A DNA stretch of 64,000 nucleotides. Origin: Harriotta raleighana. Its lineage: Eukaryota. The stretch is from the NCBI GenBank assembly GCA_050575255.1, contig JBNZDD010013730.1, forward strand, positions 6,106,543 to 6,170,542. Direction: 5' to 3'. Numbering within the stretch: position 1 is the stretch's first letter; every line of letters begins with the position of its first letter. A model generated the notes under the pieces. It was given only the letters and a program-made list of their open reading frames with translations. It ran no database searches and was not told where the DNA came from. The position numbers and the translations under genes were made by a program. This document shows, piece after piece, positions 54,576-64,000 of the stretch.

Positions 54576-57500
54576 AAGTCGATGCTGCATGGTGCTCCCT
54601 ATTGTCTAAAGATTCCTGAGTAAAGAGATGCATTAATCATAAAATGCAGTTCAGAGATTTCAGTGCAAATTAATCTTGCTATACATTGTGAAGAAGTAAC
54701 CTCTATACATTATGACACTCAAAGAATATTGGGCATGAAATGAAACCTGGCTAGATTAGTACGAGCCTGCAGAAAACTGCTGTTAATAAAGGAAGAAAGG
54801 ACAAAAGGGATTTAAAAAAGAATGGTATAAAAAGAACACAAAAACACACCTAGAAGAATGGATGCAAATTGGTCACAAAGGAAAAGATTCATAAAGAGAC
54901 GGATATTTCAAGTTCACTGACAAAGGAGAATAAGAGGCAGAAACAAAGGAATAAAACCTACATATTGCAAGAAGGTGACCACACAAGAGAATTTCCCACA
55001 AAGAGTGAACATGGGGTTATTTCTCACCGAGGAACCCAGGAAATAAAATAAAATAGGTTCAGAGAAGGAGGCAGTTTCAGGGGTGCTAAGGTTCACTGTC
55101 ACACAGTATGAAAATGGTGGGTGTGAACTGTGCTGGGCTCGCTCCCAAGTTATTTCAAGTCTCAAATGGACTGTTTGTTAACCTCTAAATGGACTGTTTG
55201 TGAACATTAAGACCCAATTTGTACGATCTCTACAAAGCACCAAGATAGCTTCATTCCCAGGTGTAATAACCACAAACTCAAAGTGTGGCATTCACTTGCT
55301 CTATAACAATAATAATAGGTATATTACTTATATTATTAAGTAATCTGTTCACTTTTTTGTAAGCATGATCTGCCCGCAATGCAAAGTGAAAAGGCTGAAA
55401 CATGATCCAAAGTGGAATGTGCCTGCAAAATGTCTGCTGCAATATGTTCAATTCTACCTCTGTGCTGCAGTGCTCAAAATGATGGCTTGCGTTGTAATGG
55501 GAGTAGCTCTGGGATTTTTCGATGTATTGTTACAGATGTAGCAGACACTCCCAGGCTTTTGCCAATGGCGTTCTTGAAATAACCTCCAGAAACTACATGA
55601 TTGCTCACCCTTACATTGTTTATCCATCCTTGTGGAAAAGTGTGAAGTCTTCACCCTGGGGAAATTGCACTCGCCTTGTGGGGAATCACAACTGTGAACC
55701 CATATGCTCCCTCTCGATCATACAGTTTATTGCTACACCAGCCCACTGCACAGTGTGCCTGCCCTTGACATACGCTGTTTATAATCTCCACTAAGTTTCG
55801 TACTTTTGTACGGTTTCAGTAAATACTTTCAAGATCTGTCGTTGGAACACTTTTAAAGAAGAGGATTGGTTAATCATATGGAGAAGGACACGACACGAGA
55901 GTAATGTTGGTATCATAATATACTTTAGCTGCTTAACAGCTTAGGCATCATTAAACTCTTTCGGGTTGTTACCTATAATAGATAAAGAATCACCCTGAAT
56001 AATGACACCACCCGACAAATGGTACACTGAAGCCATTCGCTATTTATGGGACAGATGGGTGTTATTAGATCACTCATTGCAAACAGGCTGTCTAAAGTAG
56101 CCCAGTAAAGTAGTCACTGGGGCTTAGATTTAACAAATATACCTGTGCAAAATTCATCAACTATAGGTTAGTGAATACATCCTTGGTCCCAAATGTGCTA
56201 TAAATTCTATGGCAATAGTAAAATGCTTGCTATTGTTGAATGTCAAAAGCTGGATTAGTTCTGAGTTTATTGCTGCTTTTCTTAGAAGTATTGTTAAAGA
56301 TTGATAATGCTGCTCACCTATATCTGGGCAACACAGAGTTTTAGTATTCACATCAGCATTAAGCAAATACAGTTTTGGCATATAATCTGATAAATTTGCT
56401 TAAAGTTTATATGATCAGAGAGAGATTATTTTATTTGTTTTGCTGGCAGAAGACTATTTGCACAGTTAAAGATGGATTTCCATCATAGATGTTCCATTTC
56501 CTTTATCCTACTCTATGGTACAGTTTCATTTTGACCAGTATATTCAGTTGTAACAAGTAAATTGTATTAGCTGCTTTTATATCAGTGTACATGCAGCAAA
56601 ATATTTATCCAGTTCCACTCTTCAAATCAAGTGAGGCACTTGTGGTTTTTAAAGCAATTTCCTACACACCAACTTTAATATTTATAGATTAATTTATTTA
56701 TTAGTACATTAAAATATTAAAAACCACAAGAGGAGATCCAGTATAATTATGTACGAGAAGCTAATTCATTGATGGCACTATCTGCCAGTTTTTCCACATT
56801 TTTCAACAATACTCCAGCAAACTCCCTGCGCAAAATGGCCTTTGCACAAGTTACAAAATTCCCTAGGAAAATAAAATCAATCTCTAAACGTTTTTAATGA
56901 GGTGACAGATATCCTTTCTCCAAAATAATCCTTGCCACTGTTTTATTATTTCATTCTGTGAGGCAGGATAGTGCATGATAAAATTCACAGTGACTCCAGT
57001 CAATGCTGATCAATAAATTGATGAAGATGAAGTGAGGTTCTGTTTGGCTGAACATGTCCTTTATGTTCTCCTCAGATGGAGCATTGAGATGCAGAGTGGT
57101 GCTTTGTTAAGAACATTAACTAGCTCAGTGTAACTTTGATTGTGAGTTAAATTGAAATCTCCAGTGTCTTATTTCAATGCTCAATCATTATAGCTGTTAG
57201 ATGACCCAAGCCTAATCTTGTTGTTTTATTGAAACACTGTATCACTTGGTCATGTTTCTCATTTTATTAAAAGAAAATATAGGAATTGATATTCAGCAGA
57301 AATGAAACTCTTCTCAGTTTATTGTCAATAAGGATCTTATATGCAATCAGTTTTGTTGGTCTCAACATATATCAGTTGCTACGTAAAAATACTCTTCAAT
57401 TGGCACTAAATTGACAATCTCATTCAAGAAAGGCCATAAGAGGAACCCTTTCAGGAAGAGGAAATCATTGACTAGTACAGAAGGGGGAGCTCTTTTGGGG

Positions 57501-57644
57501 TTCACGAAAGAGATGGTGGGGAGTAATTTTGACACAAGACACCTTGCTCATTTTTGGAATGGACCAATTTGATATTTAACTTTGGGATGAGACAGTGTTC
57601 AAGAAGAATAAAGAAAACTTGAGTTAGCATTTTGCACACACTAA

Positions 57645-58195
57645 ATCTCATCCAAGCTCGACAATGCTTGTCAGCCTCCCCAACTCCTCCCTCCACAGGC
57701 TGTAACTGTGATCATACAGAACTCTGAAGCCCGTGTCCTCTTCTGCAATAGGTTCCGTGATCCTATCACCCCCAACCTCGTTTGATTCCACTGGCTTCCC
57801 AGCACACAGAGGATACATTTCAAGATCCTGGTCCTCACCTTCAAAGCACTCCATAACTTCAGTCCCGCCTATCTCTGCGATCTCCTAACCCGCTACCAAC
57901 CTGCCCACTGTCTCCTCTTAGCAGGCTTCAGCCTGCTTCACATCTTCCACCTCGCCTGTCCCAGGCAGGCCTTTAAACTCTCTCTCCAGAACCCCATCCC
58001 ACAGTTCCTCCACCTCATCCCCTCCCTTGCCTCCTTCAAAGACCCAATTCAGGACCCTCCTCTTCGACTGTACCTTCAGTCACCCTCCTACGTCCCCCTC
58101 TCTCCACTATTTCTGATCCCAACTACCAATTCAAGTACAGATCTCTGACTGTCTAGCACCTCTGGATGTCCTCCTGACGTGAAAGGCGCTATTTT
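57645..58195 (+). mobile_element. L2 LINE 3' fragment
   Basis: Decayed ITP..FHWLP..RIHFKILVLTFKALH..PAYLCDLL motif and tail GACGTGAAAGGCGCTAT. Confidence 0.85.
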
Positions 58196-59799
58196 TCCAA
58201 TATTTTAATGGGTTATCTTATTTTTAAAAATCCAAGTCTCACAATAATCATTCTCATTTGTATAGATATCATTGAAAAATTACGGCTTTTTAACTACTCT
58301 TATATTAGAAATTGTTAATTTCATTGGCTAACCCTAACTGAATAGCAATGGATTAAATAGGCTTTCCATCTTTTACAAACATCGCATAGAACAGACATAA
58401 ATTGCGTAGGATTCATATAATAGATGTAAGTTTTCTTTGTCTACATCATCAGATTGCAGTGAATGTCACCCACAGTTACATTAATTATAAGCAATCATTT
58501 TCAATATCTCTCTAAAGTACAATTATCCAAGAAATAACAAAGTTTCAAACACTCATTGTAAAATACATGACCTTCAGTGGAAGATTGCGACCATTCAATG
58601 GTAGTGCAAGTGCTACATTTCACCAAAGTATTCCACTTATGCTTTTTAACATCAAGGTGGAACAGACTGAACAAGGATCTTTTGATTAGTCACAGCTAAT
58701 ATAGAAGAAAATGATTTCAGGATGAATTACAGCAAACATTGATTTGTTCTGTGTTTACACTGCCCTCAGCTGGTAAAAGAAATATCCATCCGATCTGCAA
58801 TTGCAGTTTTGTACAAATATCATACGGTTATCGTTTTTTAAAACAAATTGCACAACTGCTGAATTATAGACAATATCAAAGGCAATTTTCTTCCTCTAGA
58901 TTTATTTTCAATCAATAATTCTGGTGCCACGATTATTAAACAGAACTATTGTTCTGCTTTAGGTTGCTCACACAAAGCAAGTACAGTATTATTATATGGA
59001 AAATAAGCATCATTAAAATCATATGCTCAACTTTCGGGAGAAAATTTTAAAGGTATGCTGCAGTAGTTGATCATTGAAACTATTTCATTAGAAGTAAATA
59101 ATTCAATTCTTTTTTAATTAACAAAATAATTCTGAATCAATTGTAATCCACAATAACTGTTCAAGCAAATGGGTGACTCAACAGTTTATCACAGCTGAAG
59201 TGAATACCTTATTACAATGAGCATTAATTTTACAAAAAATCTTTAGAGTTTTATACAACAGATGGTGTTGGCAATTGATTTATGCATTCACCCGAGTACC
59301 ATCTTGCTGACTGCCAACGTTTATCTGGGAAGCTTACTTCATTATCCTGCTTTTTTTTAAAAAAAGCTCTTCCATTGTGTGAAATATTAGCTATGTGCTG
59401 AAAACTTAACTCAGCTCAGTCTTCCATGTTACAAGTATTGTGTATGCTTCAGTGATTAATTGCATTGTTCTGAATGCCTGAACTACCTGATGTTCACTGC
59501 TGATAAAAGAGACAAACATTCCACAACGTGCTAAAAGGTGTACCAGATGTGCTTCATTAAACATGCTGCCAGGAATGTTGTGGAGATGCCTTTCATTACT
59601 TAATGCAAAAGAGATTGATGATCTTAAGCTACCAGAGTTCTCCAACCATAAGTGTTTTGTAACTGTGTAGGAGTCCAGAGTTGTTTTCGGAGGGAGAAAA
59701 AGAGTTTGATTTGGTATTAAACACACAGGGCTCAACATTCCGCGAGCCAAACAGTGCTTGAGCAAAGTTGTTTTGACAGTGGTAATGTCTAATACTTAA

Positions 59800-60140
59800 T
59801 ACCAATACAATTATGTTTGTACAAAGGCCTTTCATGTCAGGAGGACTTCCCAAGGTGCTAGACAATCGGTGTATCGGACCCGAACTGGGGTCGGGATCGG
59901 GGAGGGTGGAGAGCAAGGTTGGGGAAGGATAATGACAGAAGGCACAGTCGAAGAGGAGGTTCTTGAAATGGATCTTAAAAGAAAGCAAGCTGGGGATGTG
60001 ATGTAGGCCGGAGCCCGTTGAGTGGAAGGAGTGGGCAGGTTGGTAGGGGGTTAGAAGGTCACAGAAGTTGAGGGGATCAAAAACCATGGAGAGCTTTGAA
60101 GCTTGAACTTGAACTGTATTTTCTGTGTGATGGGAAGTCA
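59800..60140 (-). mobile_element. L2 LINE 3' fragment
   Basis: Tail GCCTTTCATGTCAGGAGGAC. A minus frame gives FCDLLTPYQP..SFKIHFKNLLF. Confidence 0.8.
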
Positions 60141-60146
60141 GTGTAG

Positions 60147-61020
60147 ACAACAACAACTTCAATTTATATAGCGTCCTCCACGCTGGAGGCGTCTCAGAGC
60201 GCCTCACAATAACAGATCCCAGGCCCAAGCCATGAGCAGGGGGAAAAAGGTGACCGAAGACAAGGTCAAAAAGAAAGGTCTTCAGCTGAGACCTGAAACC
60301 AGGAAGAGATGGGGTGAGGCGAAGGGAGTGAGGAATGGAGTTCCAGAGCTTCGGGGCATAGTGGCTGAAGGCACTTCCGCCGATACTGGAACGGAGGATT
60401 CGGGAGATAGGGAGGAGCTAGGATGGGATGATAGAGTTGCAAAGCCTGGTGTGGGAGAGGACACGGACTGACGTGTGGAGGCCAATCAGGAGGACCTCGG
60501 TCTTGTTGACGTTCAACTGTAGAAAGTTAGCTCTCATCCGAGGCTTAATGTATGACAGACATTCCGTCAAGAAAGCAGACGTCCTGGAGTCAACGTTGGT
60601 GGCAGAGAGATACAGTTGTGTGTCATCCGCATACACGTGGAAATCGACCTAATGTTTGCAGATGATGTCACCAAGTGGGAGCATATAGTTATTGAAAAGG
60701 AGGGGACCAAGGACAGAACCCTGAGGAACTCTGCAAGGGACAGTGCGGGGGCTAGAGGAGAAACCGTTTGTGGAGATGATAATAATAGTAATAATAATCC
60801 TTGCATTTGCTTTAACGCTTTTCACGTCTTTAAGATGTCTTAAAGCACTTCACAGAATATACTGTAAAGTGAATTGAATGTACATATGTGGATGATACGC
60901 AGCAGCCAAATGCCACAGCAATCGGTGATAGTGTGAGAGGTAAGATCTGGACCATTCATGGACAGAACCATGAAGGTTGAGGGTAGAGGAGAGGTGGTGG
61001 ATAGGATAGAGTGGTTTGGC
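60147..61020 (-). mobile_element. Internally deleted L2 carrying the RT core, interrupted by a SINE
   Basis: [13 protein letters not shown] (about 60700-60737) and YADDTQLY (about 60610-60633) RT motifs, a (TTG)n tail at 60147, and RT-like sequence resuming beyond the SINE at about 60925-61020. Confidence 0.9.
60781..60922 (-). mobile_element. Deu SINE 3' half nested in L2
   Basis: AATAATAATCCTTGCATTTG...CTGTAAAGTGAATTGA...GCAGCCAAATGCCACAGCA. Confidence 0.85.
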
Positions 61021-61089
61021 AGATGGACAAAATGCATGGAAATTGTGCTGTTTCCGTGTCGCAAGATCAAATTCTGATGGGGTTTAGCA

Positions 61090-61265
61090 GGGGTGTGTCA
61101 TATTCCAGTACGATGCTGGGAAAGTTACTGCATTGTCGGATCTGCTATCCTTCAGATGAGGTATCAAACCAAGGTTCCCTCTGCCTAATAATGCGTACTT
61201 TAAAGATCTGTTTGTAAATAAGGAAGTTTGTCCCCATGACTTGGCCAACAATCCTCCAGATAAAA
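61090..61265 (+). mobile_element. Old Deu-domain fragment
   Basis: CTGCATTGTCGGATCTGCTATCCTTCAGATGAGGTATCAAACCAAGG...TTGGCCAACAATCC is similar to the copies at 933 and 28160. Confidence 0.65.
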
Positions 61266-62319
61266 TTAAGCAATTTCAAAGATTTTTAATGACACCACCT
61301 TAAACTCCTAGAAAAATAAAATCTTTTTAGTGATTTGCACAGGCATTAAAAGCTCTCAGGATTTTAGAGACAATTAATGCGTGTTTTCCTCCATTAACTC
61401 CCCTTAAGCAATTAATATGAAAAAAAACTCTCGATAATGCTGGCTATTTATAAATGAGCCTTCAATATATGATGCGCATTTTAAAGATTTAATTATTAAT
61501 ATTCCCTAGGTTCCTTAAAGAGGCAGTTAAAATATTTACAGGTGGTGTTGTTGAGCATACAAGTTATAGTACATTGGCTTCGCCTCCTTCATGATAAGGT
61601 ATAGAAGAGTCACACTCAGTGAATTAAAACATCGGCTCATTTAAAAACCTGTAAGATTTTCAAATCTGCTGTATTATCTGAGTGTAAAATACTTGGAAAC
61701 ATCTCAGAAGTTTCCCGATATTGATAAATGCCATTTGAAGAAGCTGATTTGGATGCAGGAGCTCTTCAAATAATGCTGTGCAGAAAGTTTTAAAATATTA
61801 ATCCTTGCATTGTACAGTACGACTGTATGTGGAAAAATGAATGTAAATCTAAATGGACAATTATACATGATACAAAGCAAATGCTGGAATAGAAGTGTGC
61901 ACACATGATATAGTGAGATTAGTCATCATGATACAGTAATACAAAGTAATGAGTTAGGAAATTAGAATCTCAAAATGGGATTCTCAGATTGGAATATCTA
62001 GTCTAATGGGAGGTAACTGAAGCGAAAATCAATTGTTTATCCAAATGCAGCCAACAATTCACAGCACTCGTGTTTTAAATCCAAATTAATTTTTCAAGTT
62101 GGTGATCACAATTTTATATTGACTTTGATGAAGAAATAAGAATGGCTTATCGTCCTGCAGTTAAGAAATTAGGAATTTATTTTGCTGAACTTGAAAAGAT
62201 TCAAGTGACCACAAGATGATAAGTCTCTATTCATTCTGCTGAATGCAAGCCAATATTATTTGATTAAGTTTGTGTCTGTGCCACCTGATCTCTTTTGCAC
62301 ACCCATCCCGTCGTACTGT

Positions 62320-62448
62320 TTATGCCCACGAACAGTTCATTTATTAAAGGGACGTGTACTGTCACTATAGTATATCCTGTGAAGTGTCTCGAGACACTCT
62401 GCACATATGCAAGGCATTATACCAAATGCAATGATTATATTTATTATA
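62320..62448 (+). mobile_element. Degraded Deu SINE tail
   Basis: TATATCCTGTGAAGTGTCTCGAGAC...GGCATTATACCAAATGCAATGATTAT. Confidence 0.6.
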
Positions 62449-64000
62449 ATGCAGATTACAATACAATTTATATAGTTCTTCTCACATTCGGGGGGACATC
62501 TCGACATGCTTAACACTGGATTAGAATTGTACTGAGCTGGTTGTGGAAGTCAAAAGGGGTGGTGAATGATGACCGAAGATGCAGGCAAAGATTATCAACT
62601 CAAATTGGTTCATATTAGCAAATGACATTGTTTTCCAAATTAATCTTTAGGTACTGTGTTTGAATTCTTAACCAAAGTTCATTGCTCCTAGTTATGCAAA
62701 ACTCCTCTTTCTCTCCATTTACCACCGCAACCCGCCCCCAGCCAACACCCACCCCGCTTTCTGTCAGGTTTCTTATAAAAATTTATAAATTTGCGACTGA
62801 AAATGTCACGCAGTCACAAATCCATTGCAAATAACATTTGTGACAAAAATAGTAGGCTCGAATGCATTTGAGATGGAGAAAATCTTCAGAAAATCAGTCA
62901 TTTAGTCTTTTCTTTTGAGATTGCAGAGGTTTCAATAATAGAAAAAAGGAAATGAGTGCATTTTCTTTGGAAAAGCAGAATCAATTAAACTATCTTTTCA
63001 ACCAAAATGAATCTTTGAGTAATGTGGAATTATTTGGCTTCCATTAAGTACTTCTGTCGAATATATTACCTTTATCTTCTTTTCGCACTTTCAGCTAAAA
63101 ATATACTACATTTCATCTCAACTCACATGTATACATCAAAACATATTGTCTGATCTAAAGTACTGTATATATTGTACCAATTATTGCACATGAACTGTCA
63201 CACTTGATACAAGCAAAGAAAAGGCAAACAGAAAACTGCAACATGCAACTCCAAGTCGATCCAGCAGTTGTTTTTAGTTGCCTTTGGTTCTAAACGTGAA
63301 AGATACTGCTGAGAGCCCATCAGTCTTTGTGAACTTGACAGTACACTGTAAATATAACAGATCACTCTCAAGCAAATGTTGTGCAAGCATGTGAGTGTGT
63401 TCTATATAATACAGGAGTAATTTAGTACAATAATGATTGATTGATTTGAGATGCCAGTTGGACTTTTATCTCTTTGTGGTGCACAGATCAGTCACCCTTG
63501 GTTTTGTTTTGATTCCTCTGTTCATTTTTATCATGAACATGGGCCTATCTTTTGGGATTAGATGAATAATTCCTGGCGTGTTCAAAGAACGTTACTATGA
63601 CTACAAAGAAGCTGTACAATATACATCTCATGCTTGTGTGGAATCTAGTCAATAAGTTTCCATGCACCTCAGGCCCTGCAGTTTGGAGATCTGCTCTCCT
63701 TAAAGTTCATCAAGGAAATACATTAGTTTACTCAACTTTCTATTTTTGGAGGATAACAATTATATTCTAAATGGCACCTTTACTAGTAATTAATGTATTG
63801 AGAAACAAGTTTTAAACCTACTTCACTGGAATAAATTGTTCAATTTCAAAACAAAATTAATATATAACCTTTTTAATTTAAAATTTCCAGTTGTAAAAAT
63901 ATGATTTACCTTCTCAGATATATTTCTGTCCCCACACAATACAAGAACAGAATAAGAAACAGTCCCGGGCAACAATGCCATAGAAAAAAAAATGCTCATT

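Noticed and set aside
59629-60228. 199-aa minus-strand ORF
   Set aside because: It is a chance read-through of decayed L2 fragments and flanking DNA.
1-64000. The ~170 short ORFs in the supplied track as genes, and any prokaryotic system (operon, CRISPR, defence island)
   Set aside because: The DNA is vertebrate-type and repeat-laden. The ORFs are short, often lack ATG starts and have no recognisable domains except LINE remnants. No regularly spaced repeat-spacer array was seen.
1-64000. Conserved miRNA hairpins and REST/RE1 sites
   Set aside because: A by-eye search found only seed-length matches, such as TAAGGCAC near 18527, with no mature sequence or precursor. The search was not exhaustive.

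Overview
AT-rich, CpG-depleted vertebrate non-coding DNA, either a large intron or intergenic. The repeat content suggests a cartilaginous fish, most likely a chimaera (holocephalan); this is an inference from recalled repeat consensus sequences. No host gene, RNA gene, CRISPR array or prokaryotic system can be supported. The only ORFs with recognisable protein content are decayed L2 and CR1 LINE ORF2 fragments. The window holds about 20 copies or fragments of tRNA-derived Deu-domain SINEs (a long old form and a short form), L2 and CR1 3' ends, two Tigger-like and one or two hAT-like MITEs, and relics resembling AmnSINE2. Two duplications next to Ns are probably assembly artefacts (8415-8622 and 15180-17354). 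The most unusual structures are two high-identity ~100-115 bp inverted duplications anchored on SINEs (19247-19812 and 41169-41489), which look like template-switch or fold-back products able to form long hairpins. A few weak, unverified exon candidates are flagged. Repeat boundaries were read by eye and are approximate unless TIR or TSD positions are given.
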